DNA of 64,000 nt from a virus. Its lineage: Duplodnaviria; Heunggongvirae; Uroviricota; Caudoviricetes. Both the position numbers and the translations under genes were made by a program. Positions 34,191 through 43,578 of the stretch are shown in pieces. Each line of letters starts with the position of its first letter. The stretch's first letter is position 1. The notes under the pieces are model-generated. The model was not told the origin of the DNA. It saw only the letters and a program-made list of their open reading frames with translations, and did not search any database. The DNA lies in IMG/VR virus record IMGVR_UViG_2556921669_000003, positions 1-64,000 of that record. The stretch is one strand, 5' to 3'.

Positions 34191-35857
34191 ATTTCATAGA
34201 TAGGCTTTTTGGCCGTTCCGCCGCTCCGAAACGGGCGCGGGCGCAGTATCTGCGCGACAATAGCTCAGGAATCCTGACCATGAGGCGCGCCGTCACCCGT
34301 GATGGCGCGTCTGCAGTGCGTGAAAGCGCCGAGCGTGCCTCGGCCCTGGCATGGGACTTCATCCGAAATTCCGGCTGGATCGCCGGCGCCGTTGACCAGA
34401 TCATCACCGATACTATCGGCGACGAACTGAAGCTGAGTGCGCGGCCGAAGTTGGCGCGGCTGGGCTGGTCGGCTGAGGAAATCACGGTATGGTGCCGTCT
34501 AGTTGAGGAGGAGTGGTATCTCCACGTATGGAGTGCGCGGGAGTACAGCCTTGACGGCTCGTCAACGCTTGCGGAGCACCTCGACGGCGTGATGCGCTTC
34601 TACATGGCGAGTGGCGAGGCTTTCGGCGCGGTCGACTTCATGCCGATCAGCATGCGCAAGCGTCACGGCGTGACAAGCGGCACGAAGGTTTCCTTGATTG
34701 CGCCTCACCGCGTGAAGCGGGAGACGGACGAGTACAATAACCTCGACCAGGGTGTCTTTCTTGATCCCGAATTGAGGCGGCCCGTCCAGTATCGGACAGT
34801 GGCGCGCAAGGATGGGCAGGATTTCGACCTCGATATCCCGGCATGGAACGGCCCGCTCAGGCGCGTCATCCACGTCATGGACCGGGGGGAAAATCCGGAC
34901 AGCGTCCGCGGCATTTCGCTGCTGGCACCAGTCGCGAAAGTGATCGCGCAGTTTGACCAGCTTGCTGATGCCACCTTGACGACGGCGCTGATTCAGACGG
35001 CTTTTGCGGCGACGATTAAGTCGCCAGAGCCGTCAGTCGATGCGTTTCAGGCGATTTCCGAGCTTGAAGACGACGACGCCGACCTTGCCGGCGACCTTCG
35101 CGATATCTGGGCGGCTCGCATCGAGGCGCTTTCCGAAAAGGGCATCTCCATGGGCGACCATGGCAAGATTAATCATCTTGGCCCCGGCGAAGAGTTCCAC
35201 ATCCACACGGCGGCGACGCCGGGCAACAACTACCTCCCGTTCTCGCAGAACCTCCAGCGTGAAATCGCACGGCGGCTAGGCATCACGTTTGAATCGTTCG
35301 CAATGAACCATTCCAACGCGAACTATTCGTCGGTGCGGATGGCCATGTCGTCGATCTGGCCGATCGTGAAGCGGCGCCGCGAGCGCATTGCTGCTCCGTT
35401 CTGTCAGGCGGTCTACGAAAACTGGCTGGACGAGATGATCGGCTCCGGCCGCATTCCATTCAAGGGTGGCTACGCTGCCTTCGCCGCGAACCGGGCACTT
35501 GTCTGTGACGCGGAGTGGCCCGGTCCGGCTCAGCCGGTGGCCGACGACTATAAGGCCGTCATGGCGGCTGCCAAGCGCGTCGAACTCGGTCTTTCCTCGA
35601 TGGAAGACGAAGCGGCGCTCATGGGCAGGGATGCCAGCGTGACGCGCGAGAAGATCGCAGCCGAAATCATCGACATGGAAGCCAAGCGGATCCCCATTCC
35701 GTTTGGGCGCAGTGTCGGTGGTGGCGGTCCGAGCGGTGCGGCGATGCCTTCAGAGGGCAGGGCGGCCGGTGCACAGGCGAGAATGGAGGCCGAATTGCTG
35801 AAAGAGCTTGAGGACTCCTTGACCGCAGACGGCAAGACAAGGGCGGAGGCCGCATGA
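34187..35857 (+). CDS. portal protein (lambda gpB family)
   Basis: 556-aa protein directly after terL with the lambda-type portal order; ends ...TRAEAA. Confidence 0.85.
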   Translation: MNFIDRLFGRSAAPKRARAQYLRDNSSGILTMRRAVTRDGASAVRESAERASALAWDFIRNSGWIAGAVDQIITDTIGDELKLSARPKLARLGWSAEEITVWCRLVEEEWYLHVWSAREYSLDGSSTLAEHLDGVMRFYMASGEAFGAVDFMPISMRKRHGVTSGTKVSLIAPHRVKRETDEYNNLDQGVFLDPELRRPVQYRTVARKDGQDFDLDIPAWNGPLRRVIHVMDRGENPDSVRGISLLAPVAKVIAQFDQLADATLTTALIQTAFAATIKSPEPSVDAFQAISELEDDDADLAGDLRDIWAARIEALSEKGISMGDHGKINHLGPGEEFHIHTAATPGNNYLPFSQNLQREIARRLGITFESFAMNHSNANYSSVRMAMSSIWPIVKRRRERIAAPFCQAVYENWLDEMIGSGRIPFKGGYAAFAANRALVCDAEWPGPAQPVADDYKAVMAAAKRVELGLSSMEDEAALMGRDASVTREKIAAEIIDMEAKRIPIPFGRSVGGGGPSGAAMPSEGRAAGAQARMEAELLKELEDSLTADGKTRAEAA

Positions 35858-36072
35858 GCATAGACCACTGTGCCGAGGCGGTCCGCCTCCGCGCGCTGCT
35901 TGTCGCCATCGCGTCCGGTGACGGCGTCCAGCAAGCCCGCTTCGGCGAGGACGAAGTGCGGTACTTCGCGGCCGACAAAGCCGAGTTGAAGCAGCAAATC
36001 GCCTACCACGAGAGCATCTGCGCCGGAAAGCGCAGGAGGTTCGCGGTTCGTGGCCGTTTTCGCGCCTACTGA
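35854..36072 (+). CDS. gpW-like head-tail joining protein
   Basis: 72 aa, basic C-terminus, position between portal and protease. Confidence 0.4.
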   Translation: MSIDHCAEAVRLRALLVAIASGDGVQQARFGEDEVRYFAADKAELKQQIAYHESICAGKRRRFAVRGRFRAY

Positions 36073-36084
36073 CAGGAAAATAGT

Positions 36085-37149
36085 ATGACTGTTCAAGTCA
36101 ACGGCCAGGAGGTGACACTTTCTGGCACGGTCGGCGTCGATTGGTTTGACGACGGCTTCACGCATGCGGAGGTCGTGACCGCGCTTGCCGGGCTGGATGG
36201 CGACATCACGGTCCGGCTGAATAGCGGTGGCGGCATTGCAGCCGACGGCGCAGCTATTCATGCGGCGCTGGCGACTTACGACGGCAGCGTGCACATCGTG
36301 ATTGAGGGCATTGCGGCCAGCGCCGCCAGCCTGATTGCGATGGCGGGTGACCGGATCACCATGGCCGACGGCGCCGTGATGATGATCCACGACCCGCTCA
36401 ACGTCACGTACGGCAATTCTGCGGACCACGCGAAGACCATCGAGGAACTCGAGGCCTACGCCACCGCCTACGCCAAGGTCTACGCGCGCCGCAGCGGCAA
36501 GCCAGCCGCGGAATGCCGCGACATCATGAAGGCGGAGACCTGGTACGACGGCGATGAAGCCGTCGCGGCGGGCTTTGCCGATGACACGGGTGAGCAGAAG
36601 GCCAAGCCGATCGCCGCTTATGACTACCGCGCCTATGCAAACGCTCCGAAGCGTTTCGCCGCTCAGGCCAAGGCCAAAGGTTGGTCGATGGCGAAGGTTA
36701 ACACAGAGGCGGCCCCGTCCGCTGCCAATCAGAAGGATTCTGACATGAACGACAAAGAACGTGCGGACGCGCTTGCTGCCGAACTCGCCACGCTCAAGGC
36801 TGAAACGGCCACCGCCGAAGCCAAGGCGAAGGCCGATCTGGACGCCGCAACGGCCGCTACCGCTGACGCCGTAAAGGCTGACCGAGAACGCCGCGCCGCC
36901 ATCATGAAGCTTGATGAGGCCAAGGGCCGCGAGGCGCTTGCCGAACACCTGTTCGCGGCCGGCAACACCGTCGAGCAGGCCAAGGCTACGCTGGCAGTTG
37001 CTCCCGCGGCCAATGCTGAGACGCCTGAGAACTACGAAGCCACCCGCATGGCTGGCGCTGAACTCAATGGCGGTGGCGACAAGCAGACCGACACCAAGGC
37101 CTCGTGGTCCAAGGTCATCGCACGCGCTAACAAGCGCTTCAACAAGTAA
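36085..37149 (+). CDS. prohead protease (S49/ClpP-like) fused to an Ala-rich scaffold-like C-terminal domain (lambda C/Nu3-like)
   Basis: SGGG...IAASAASLIAMAG...MMIHDP protease core, then a long coiled-coil C-terminus. Confidence 0.8.
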   Translation: MTVQVNGQEVTLSGTVGVDWFDDGFTHAEVVTALAGLDGDITVRLNSGGGIAADGAAIHAALATYDGSVHIVIEGIAASAASLIAMAGDRITMADGAVMMIHDPLNVTYGNSADHAKTIEELEAYATAYAKVYARRSGKPAAECRDIMKAETWYDGDEAVAAGFADDTGEQKAKPIAAYDYRAYANAPKRFAAQAKAKGWSMAKVNTEAAPSAANQKDSDMNDKERADALAAELATLKAETATAEAKAKADLDAATAATADAVKADRERRAAIMKLDEAKGREALAEHLFAAGNTVEQAKATLAVAPAANAETPENYEATRMAGAELNGGGDKQTDTKASWSKVIARANKRFNK

Positions 37150-37166
37150 TCGGAAGGTGTGTCTAG

Positions 37167-37826
37167 ATGACCATTCTCACTGAGGGCCGCCACGCCGGCG
37201 AATTCATCCTGTCCGAGGGCGACGCGGGTTACAGCCGCGACAACCTCAAGATCGCGGCGGAGCAGACCGTCGAACCCGGCACGGTTCTCGCCGCCAAGGT
37301 TGTTCTGGCCGACGCCACTTCGGCAGCCTCCGCTGCAGCCGGCAACACGGCATCGTCTGGCACGATTGCCATGGACGCCACCCCGCTGACCTCCGCCGCA
37401 AAGAACGGCCGCTACGTTGGTGTCGCTTCCGCCGCCACCAAGGTCGACTGGACCGATCCAGACGGTGTGCAGATCGGCGTGTCGACGCACGGCTCGCTGT
37501 TCAATAAGGGCGGCATCCGCTTCACCATCACGGCTGGCGGCACACCGAACGTCGTTGGCGACACCTTCTACGTCGACGTCGGCGTCGAACCAGGCGACCT
37601 GCAGTACGTGGTCTACGACCAGGATGGTACGGACGGTTCGCAGGTGGCCAAGGCTATCGCGATCAGCGGCGTGACCACTGGCGTCGGTGCTACCGCAAAG
37701 GTCGCGGGCATCACGCGCATGGCGCAGGTCAAGGGCGCTGCTCTTGCTTGGCCGGCGGACATCACGGCGGCCGAAAAGGCGCTTGGTGTTAGCCAGCTTG
37801 CGGCCCAGGGCATCATCGTCCGCTAA
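37167..37826 (+). CDS. head decoration protein (gpD-like) candidate
   Basis: Position between protease and capsid gene; Ala/Gly/Thr-rich with a gpD-like C-terminus. Confidence 0.4.
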   Translation: MTILTEGRHAGEFILSEGDAGYSRDNLKIAAEQTVEPGTVLAAKVVLADATSAASAAAGNTASSGTIAMDATPLTSAAKNGRYVGVASAATKVDWTDPDGVQIGVSTHGSLFNKGGIRFTITAGGTPNVVGDTFYVDVGVEPGDLQYVVYDQDGTDGSQVAKAIAISGVTTGVGATAKVAGITRMAQVKGAALAWPADITAAEKALGVSQLAAQGIIVR

Positions 37827-37896
37827 CGGACGCTCCTCCCAGACAATCCCCATTACGGCCACCCATCGGGTGGCCTTTATTTTAGGAGCTTCCTAA

Positions 37897-38295
37897 ATGA
37901 CTATGCTCAATATCTTCAAGGATGACGCGTTCAGCCTCACTTCGCTGACCGACTCCATCAACGAGATCGAGTACCGCTCGAGCCGAATTCAGGAGTTGGG
38001 CCTTTTCGAGGAAAAGGCAGTTGCCACGACCACGATTGCGATCGAGCGCATCGGCGACAAGATCCAGCTCGTTCCCCCGGCACCTCGTGGCGGTAAGGGT
38101 GACGTGAAGGAAAAGCAGAAGGCAACTGCCAAGCCCTTCGCGATTCCCCACTTTCCTCGCGAATGGTCCGTGTTGGCCGATGAAGTTCAGAACGTCCGCG
38201 CATTCGGCTCCGAGTCTGAAGTCGAAACGGTCATGTCCGTTGTCCTTGACAAGATCATGGACAACATGGCCGACATCGATGTGACGCATGAGTAT
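37897..38295 (+). pseudogene. major capsid protein (lambda gpE family), 5' portion (aa 1-133), interrupted by the insertion
   Basis: N-terminal similarity to lambda E stops at ...DIDVTHEY; the ORF then reads through AT-rich foreign sequence (..SGVSLKYRKKPRIYNN..). Confidence 0.75.
38284..38295. repeat. attL core: ACGCATGAGTAT (direct repeat, in frame T-H-E-Y)
   Basis: Identical 12-mer at 51772..51783, each at the break point of the capsid reading frame. Confidence 0.6.
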
Positions 38296-38465
38296 TCTGG
38301 GGTTAGCCTCAAATATAGAAAAAAACCACGAATATACAACAACTTAGCTCGGCGCAAGTCGGGCTATTTTGTTGCCCGACGGGCAACAACCTCCCCGAAC
38401 AAAAACAATGACTTACGGAAAGTCCGGGCAAACCCGCGCGACTTTCTTGCGACAAGGATTGCAGC

Positions 38466-38666
38466 ATGAGCACCAACGAAAAGGCTGACCTCCTTTATGG
38501 GGTGGCCAGCATCGCCAAGCACTTGGGCATTACCGAACGTCGAGCGCTCTACCTGAAGGAAAAGGGAAGCATTCCCACCTTCCAGATCGATCGTACCGTC
38601 TGTGCCCGAAAGACCAGCCTCAACGCTTGGCTTGCCGAGCAGGAAGCGAAGGGGAGGGGCGAATGA
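38466..38666 (+). CDS. xis: AlpA-family excisionase / DNA-binding regulator
   Basis: 66 aa; LLYGVASIAKHLGITERRALYLKEKGSIPTF is a typical AlpA/Xis winged HTH; sits about 170 nt inside the left junction after arm-like repeats (TTGTTGCCCG-A-CGGGCAACAA). Confidence 0.7.
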   Translation: MSTNEKADLLYGVASIAKHLGITERRALYLKEKGSIPTFQIDRTVCARKTSLNAWLAEQEAKGRGE

Positions 38667-38950
38667 CGAGGGGCCGCACCAAGGAAGCGCAGGACGCCTT
38701 CATTCAGAAGTTGCTTCACCCCGAAGCCGCCCCGGTGGAAGCCGACATTCCGCAACCGGATCCCGCGCCGCAAGAGGACGAGGAAGGCACGGATTATGAC
38801 CTGACCTTTGAGCAGATGAGCGTTGACCAGCTAAACGCGGTCCTCGCATGGAACGAAGGTGACGCCCAGATGACCTTGGACTTCCTTGCTGAGTTTCGCC
38901 CGTATGTGGAGGCCCGTCGCCGCGGCGAGCCCGTGAGGTGGCAGGAATGA
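38663..38950 (+). CDS. hypothetical protein (95 aa)
   Basis: ATGA overlap with the xis stop; acidic. Confidence 0.4.
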   Translation: MTRGRTKEAQDAFIQKLLHPEAAPVEADIPQPDPAPQEDEEGTDYDLTFEQMSVDQLNAVLAWNEGDAQMTLDFLAEFRPYVEARRRGEPVRWQE

Positions 38951-39153
38951 ATGCCATGGAGCGCATCTTGGCCGCCATGGCGGAAGGCCGGAGGAACGAC
39001 CCACCACATGAAGAGCTAAGTCTGCTGGACGCGCTTCGCTGCATGCTCCCGGCGGCGGAAGCGGATGCGGCGGAATCGCAAGGCCAACTTGATTTCTTGC
39101 GCGCGGAAATCGCCAAACTTGAGGCGGCGAAAGAGGAATCGGAGATGACGTGA
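38947..39153 (+). CDS. hypothetical protein (68 aa)
   Basis: ATGA overlap. Confidence 0.4.
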   Translation: MNAMERILAAMAEGRRNDPPHEELSLLDALRCMLPAAEADAAESQGQLDFLRAEIAKLEAAKEESEMT

Positions 39154-40394
39154 CATACCAAGAAGGTTCACGGGAGGAGTATGAGGCACACCTCGCTTCA
39201 ATTAGCGATGCGGAATGGAAGCGCCGCACTCAGGACGCCGTATGGTTTTCCAAAGACCCGCCCCGCCTTGGACCGGACCCGCCGCTGACCTTCCACAAGA
39301 ACTTCACGGCAATCCAGCCCAAACGGTATGTGGTGGGCGACTTCCTCGCGGAAGGCGAGGTGTCATGTTTCTTCGGTGAGCCCGGCGCGACTAAGGGCAC
39401 CATTGCGGTGGACATTGCCTGCCACGTCGCGGCCGGTCTGCCTTGGATGGGCCGCACGGCAGGGGGGCACCTTGACCCTTGGGAGAGGAAGGCGCTGGGC
39501 AAGGAGAGTATGCCGGCGGGCGTGCTCTATATCGCGCTCGAGCGCTCTACCCAGGTACAGCGCCGCGTTGAAGCGTTCACGGATGAGCACGGAATTCAGG
39601 AACCACTTGACCTTGCTATATGGTCCGGTCCGCTCGATCTAGTTGGTAGCGAAAGAGACGACATCCTCTCCGCCGTCTACGCGCATGAGCGAGCGCAGGA
39701 GGAGGACGAGGAAGGCGAGGGTAGCTACCGCGAAGTGCGACTCGTGGTGATTGACACCCTTGCCCGCGCCTTCGGCTCCGGTTCGGATAGCGGCGGCGAA
39801 GAGACGGCGGCGGTGGCGAGAAAGTTTGAGCGCGTTCTCCGGTTCCGTCCTGACCTGCATATCTTGGTGGTGCACCATACCCCGATAGGTGATGACTCCC
39901 GCCTTCGCGGCCACGGCAACCTGCTTGCCGCCTTTGACCAGACGGTGCGGGTACGCAAGCACAAGGTAGGTTCCACCGCCACGGTGATGAAGGACAACGA
40001 CACGGCGGAAGAGGGCAAAGCCCGGTTCGCCTATGCGCTCAAGAGTCGCGTCATCCACGTTGCCAAGGACGGCAAGGAAACCACCGCGCCTGTTGTGGTG
40101 CCGCTCCCGGCCGAGGCCGTCAAGCACGCCATGCCGAAGGTCAGCGTGAAGGCGGCGGGACCGAAGGCCAGCAAGAGCGAGCAACCGCTCCTAGATGCTC
40201 TTGAGGGGTTGGGTGGCTCTGCCACCGAAGCGGACTGGCGAGTGGCGTTTGATGCCGCAAGGCAGGATGGCCTATCACCAAGCGCTCACCGAAAGCGCTG
40301 GTCCGTCGGCCGGCCCGCCCTAGAGGCGAAGGGGCTGGTCCAAAAGGATTCCGAAGGGCGTTACCGCGTTACCGTTACCAACGTTACGGAATAA
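39150..40394 (+). CDS. RepA-like / AAA_25 replication initiator-helicase loader of the inserted element
   Basis: GEVSCFFGEPGATKGTIAVDIACHVAAGLPWMG parallels the helper PrimPol C-domain GEFTTISGLPGTGKSVVTTDLACHIAAGMDWHG; C-terminal wHTH-like region; GTGA overlap. Confidence 0.7.
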   Translation: MTYQEGSREEYEAHLASISDAEWKRRTQDAVWFSKDPPRLGPDPPLTFHKNFTAIQPKRYVVGDFLAEGEVSCFFGEPGATKGTIAVDIACHVAAGLPWMGRTAGGHLDPWERKALGKESMPAGVLYIALERSTQVQRRVEAFTDEHGIQEPLDLAIWSGPLDLVGSERDDILSAVYAHERAQEEDEEGEGSYREVRLVVIDTLARAFGSGSDSGGEETAAVARKFERVLRFRPDLHILVVHHTPIGDDSRLRGHGNLLAAFDQTVRVRKHKVGSTATVMKDNDTAEEGKARFAYALKSRVIHVAKDGKETTAPVVVPLPAEAVKHAMPKVSVKAAGPKASKSEQPLLDALEGLGGSATEADWRVAFDAARQDGLSPSAHRKRWSVGRPALEAKGLVQKDSEGRYRVTVTNVTE

Positions 40395-40510
40395 GAATGG
40401 TAACGCTTTTGGTAACGTAACGTTTTCAGACGGGGTTAGGGCGCACAGCGTTACCAACGTTACCGTTACTACCCCCCTCTTTAGAGGGGGAGTAAGTAAC
40501 GTAACGCTTG
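40360..40510. repeat. satellite origin: about 10 GGTAACG/CGTTACC iterons plus the palindrome CCCCCCTCTTTAGAGGGGG
   Basis: Iterons begin within the last codons of repA (..RVTVTNVTE) and continue for about 120 nt with no ORF. Confidence 0.5.
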
Positions 40511-40550
40511 GTGCGCTTCGCCCCGTGAAAAATCCGTAAGGGTGAAGATC

Positions 40551-40862
40551 ATGGAAATTGATGATGTAGAGCTCGCTGTCTCTCGGGCTTTGCGGGATGG
40601 CGCAGGAAACAAACCCGCGCAAGAATTCGGATTTGCTATCCAGCCCTTCCGGGGCACGCGCCTATGTGGCGGCGAGTTTGAGGACGCCGTGGCCGTTGTC
40701 GGCGTGCACTTCAACGGCAAGGGTGACTACAGCTTCATTTGTGTCGCGTCGGACGGCGTGGGCGAGACCTACGTCACTCAGGAGGAGAACCTTCTGGGCG
40801 TGGATCTTCCTTACGGCTTTCCACCGGCTCCGGCGCAGGACGCCAACCCGTCTGATCCATAG
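40551..40862 (+). CDS. hypothetical protein (103 aa)
   Basis: Follows the ori; AGGGTG SD. Confidence 0.4.
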   Translation: MEIDDVELAVSRALRDGAGNKPAQEFGFAIQPFRGTRLCGGEFEDAVAVVGVHFNGKGDYSFICVASDGVGETYVTQEENLLGVDLPYGFPPAPAQDANPSDP

Positions 40863-41016
40863 CCGCCATGAGCAAGGCGAGGAGGCGAGGAACGTCTCGC
40901 GTCCCGCTCTCAAACTCCGAAATGCGGACCTTGCTTCCGTACCCCAGAAGCGCCGCAAGCGCCTCCTGCTTATAGCCGAGGCGCTTGCGGATTGCTTTGA
41001 ACTCTTCGCTGGTCAT
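40774..41016 (-). CDS. XRE-family HTH transcriptional regulator
   Basis: LGYKQEALAALLGYGSKVRISEFESGTRDVP helix-turn-helix. Confidence 0.6.
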   Translation of the reverse strand: MTSEEFKAIRKRLGYKQEALAALLGYGSKVRISEFESGTRDVPRLLALLMAAMDQTGWRPAPEPVESRKEDPRPEGSPPE

Positions 41017-41231
41017 CGTGCGGCCCGCAGGTAATCCATGCCATAAACGTCAATGGTCCAATCGCCGTCTTCGGCGACTTCCATGGCCTGCATTACCAGC
41101 TTCCAAGCCTTTTCGCGAGAGACTTCGCGGTACACGTCACCGTCGACCTTCACGTCAAATGCATAGACCTTGCACTGGCCGTCGAAGCGGCGGGTGATGT
41201 TGACCTTGATGTCTGCGGTGCCGGTGTTCAT
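41013..41231 (-). CDS. small hypothetical protein (72 aa) co-transcribed with the XRE regulator
   Basis: GGGAGAG SD; ATGA overlap with the XRE gene; its promoter carries the GTAACGCATTTGCGTAAC palindrome. Confidence 0.45.
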   Translation of the reverse strand: MNTGTADIKVNITRRFDGQCKVYAFDVKVDGDVYREVSREKAWKLVMQAMEVAEDGDWTIDVYGMDYLRAAR

Positions 41232-41259
41232 TTCGCTCTCCCTTGCCGTTGGATTATTA

Positions 41260-41277
41260 GTAACGCATTTGCGTAAC
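41260..41277. promoter_or_regulatory. 18-bp palindromic operator GTAACGCATTTGCGTAAC in the spacer of the regulator-operon promoter (-35 TTGCTA)
   Basis: Reverse-complement copy (20/21 identity) of the site in the integrase promoter at 50358..50375. Confidence 0.45.
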
Positions 41278-41395
41278 TTTAGCAAGGGCGAATTTCAAGA
41301 ATTCGGTGCCGCATTCGTCTCCTGCGGACGGTGCCGGGCCGGGGAGTCGCGTCTCCTCTTTCTCCTCGGCCACCCCTTCAACAATAGGAAATCAC

Positions 41396-42337
41396 ATGAA
41401 CCACGTTGACCAAGAAAGGCTTGAGGCGCACGCCAAGGGCCTCCCTCTCCAAACCCGGCGCAAGCTGCCCGCGCTCATTGACGCCTCCGTTGACGCCATG
41501 ACGGCGTTCGGGGGTGCCAATGACACTGCCCGCGAAGCTCATACGGCTTACATTGATTCGCGGCTCCGCTTTATCAACCGCTGGAACGTCGAAGAGGCAC
41601 AAGCTCCTACCGGCGAACCAATCTTCACCTACGTGCCTGCCCGAAGGAACGAAGTGCCTGAGTTTCGCTTTGAAAGCGAACGTGAAGGCGTCATCGAGAA
41701 ATGGCAGGTCTGGCAGCGCCGAAAGCGTGCGCGGGACAAGGCAGACGTTGTTCGCGCGGGCAACGAATATCTTCAGGATATCCTGGGCTGGCTCCGCGAC
41801 AATCCCGGCCCCTTCAAGTCGGCCGCCATGCCGCCGGCGAAACTCGGTAAAGGCCAGACGCACCACCAGGCAGTGGAAGATATCCGCGAACGTCTGATCC
41901 GCATTGACGAGAAAGTCGCGGCCACAGAGTACGCTCCGACGCCGGCCGAAGACCTGATAGCCCGCGCCCATGCTGCCGTTGATGACTTAGCCCACCGGGG
42001 CAAGGTCCATATCTATACCAACAACCGGGACGGCTCGCCGGTGAACCTTTCGGGGAGCGGCAGGCTGACAGGCGTGACGGGCATTCTGCCAGAAACTCTG
42101 GTCTGGCTCCTGGCCGATGAAATCAAGGCCAGCGTTTCCGCCAAGATCCGCGAAGTCGCGTCCAAGGACGCAATCAGCGACTTTGACCGCGCTGCCGAAC
42201 TGTCCGCCCTAGCCGCTGACAAGCTTGCTTTGGAGCGGCTGGAAGAAGCCCACATTCTCGCGGCCGCCGAAATCGGCCAAATCATCCACCGACGCCGTGA
42301 AGCCAATCCGCGCGCAATTCTGGAACTTGAAGCATGA
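41396..42337 (+). CDS. hypothetical protein (313 aa) upstream of the satellite protease
   Basis: Start ATG after AGGAAATCAC; ATGA overlap with the downstream protease gene. Confidence 0.45.
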   Translation: MNHVDQERLEAHAKGLPLQTRRKLPALIDASVDAMTAFGGANDTAREAHTAYIDSRLRFINRWNVEEAQAPTGEPIFTYVPARRNEVPEFRFESEREGVIEKWQVWQRRKRARDKADVVRAGNEYLQDILGWLRDNPGPFKSAAMPPAKLGKGQTHHQAVEDIRERLIRIDEKVAATEYAPTPAEDLIARAHAAVDDLAHRGKVHIYTNNRDGSPVNLSGSGRLTGVTGILPETLVWLLADEIKASVSAKIREVASKDAISDFDRAAELSALAADKLALERLEEAHILAAAEIGQIIHRRREANPRAILELEA

Positions 42338-42957
42338 TCCAACTCGACATGATGGGCACGGTGGGCGAAGATTTCGACGCTGCAACCGTCAAGTTTGCCC
42401 TTGCGCAAGGTGGTGACGTGCATGTCACCCTCAATAGCGGGGGCGGGTTCGCGGCAGAGGGCGCCGCTATCTATGCCTTGTTGGACGCGCACCCCGGCCG
42501 GGTTCGCGTGGATATTGTTGGCATTGCGGCCAGTGCTGCAAGTCTCATTGCCATGGCGGGCGACAGCATCGTCATGTTTGATGGCGCGGTCATGATGATT
42601 CATGATCCGCTCAATATCACCATTGGCAACTCGGCGGCCCACGCCAAGACCATCGAGGAACTGGAAAGCTATGCGAAGGCATATGCGGCGATCTATGCCA
42701 AGAGAGCGAAGATCAGTCCTGCTGCGGCGCGAGCAATCATGCAGGCAGAAACTTGGTATGACGGCGAAGCCGCCGTGAAAGCCGGGTTCGCAACTGCCAA
42801 GTCTTCGAACGCTTCTGCCGCTTGGGCGAAGTTTGACTATGACAAATACCAAAAGGGTGCGGCGGCTGTAGCCGGTGCGAGCAGCACGCGTGCATCATGG
42901 AAACAGACAATCATGCGCCGCAAGGCATATGAAGACGCATTCGTAATCAGGGGATAA
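42334..42957 (+). CDS. S49/ClpP-like prohead-protease paralog (no scaffold domain)
   Basis: LNSGGGFAAEGAAIYALLDAHPGRVRVDIVGIAASAASLIAMAGDSIVMFDGAVMMIHDPLNITIGNSAAHAKTIEELESYAKAYAAIYAKRA is about 60% identical to helper protease 36085 residues 40-150. Confidence 0.7.
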   Translation: MIQLDMMGTVGEDFDAATVKFALAQGGDVHVTLNSGGGFAAEGAAIYALLDAHPGRVRVDIVGIAASAASLIAMAGDSIVMFDGAVMMIHDPLNITIGNSAAHAKTIEELESYAKAYAAIYAKRAKISPAAARAIMQAETWYDGEAAVKAGFATAKSSNASAAWAKFDYDKYQKGAAAVAGASSTRASWKQTIMRRKAYEDAFVIRG

Positions 42958-42962
42958 ATCAC

Positions 42963-43250
42963 ATGGCTACCACTCGACTATTCAATCTGCCCGCTGATGC
43001 ATGGACGCTTGTTGCGTCCGGTGCGGCCAGCATAACCATCAAGCCTATCACCAACGTGGCTATCCGTGCCTATGTCGGTCGTACCCTGCTGGAGGATACC
43101 AATGAGGCGCTTACCCTTGGCGGCCTGGGGGCTGTGCTAACGCTGGATAACCCGTCCGACGCTGACCATGTGTACCTCAAGCCAGCAGAGCGCACAGAGG
43201 TAGAGGTAGGCGTGGGCATGGCTTATCGCGCCTTGCTGCCGGGGGCCTGA
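42963..43250 (+). CDS. hypothetical protein (95 aa), possibly capsid-associated
   Basis: Directly after the protease paralog. Confidence 0.4.
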   Translation: MATTRLFNLPADAWTLVASGAASITIKPITNVAIRAYVGRTLLEDTNEALTLGGLGAVLTLDNPSDADHVYLKPAERTEVEVGVGMAYRALLPGA

Positions 43251-43383
43251 CCCGCCCCTGGCATAGGGACCGTTTGGCCTGTCCAAACCGATAGCGGGCG
43301 CGACACCCTCGCCGGTCGGACTTTATCTAGTTCAAAAACAGGGTAACAGAATGCGGACACCCCCGAAAATGGAGGCGAAACCC

Positions 43384-43578
43384 ATGGTTGCATACTTCGT
43401 CAACCAAGCGGCCTACGCCGAACACCAGAAGGTTTCAAGAAAGACTGTAACCATCTGGAAACAAAAGGGATACCTTGTTTTGAATTCGGCAGGACGAGTC
43501 AATGTCGCCGCATCAGATAAGCGTCTTTTGGACGCCTTCGGCGAACGTCGCCGCGTGTTACCCCCTGTCCGCAGGTAA
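43384..43578 (+). CDS. TerS N-terminal (HTH DNA-binding) domain paralog, stand-alone 64 aa
   Basis: VNQAAYAEHQKVSRKTVTIWKQKGYLVLNSAGRVNVAASDKRL vs helper TerS MNQAGFAAHRRVSRKTVTGWKQRGLLVLLPDGQVDVAASDRAL; GGAGG SD. Confidence 0.5.
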   Translation: MVAYFVNQAAYAEHQKVSRKTVTIWKQKGYLVLNSAGRVNVAASDKRLLDAFGERRRVLPPVRR

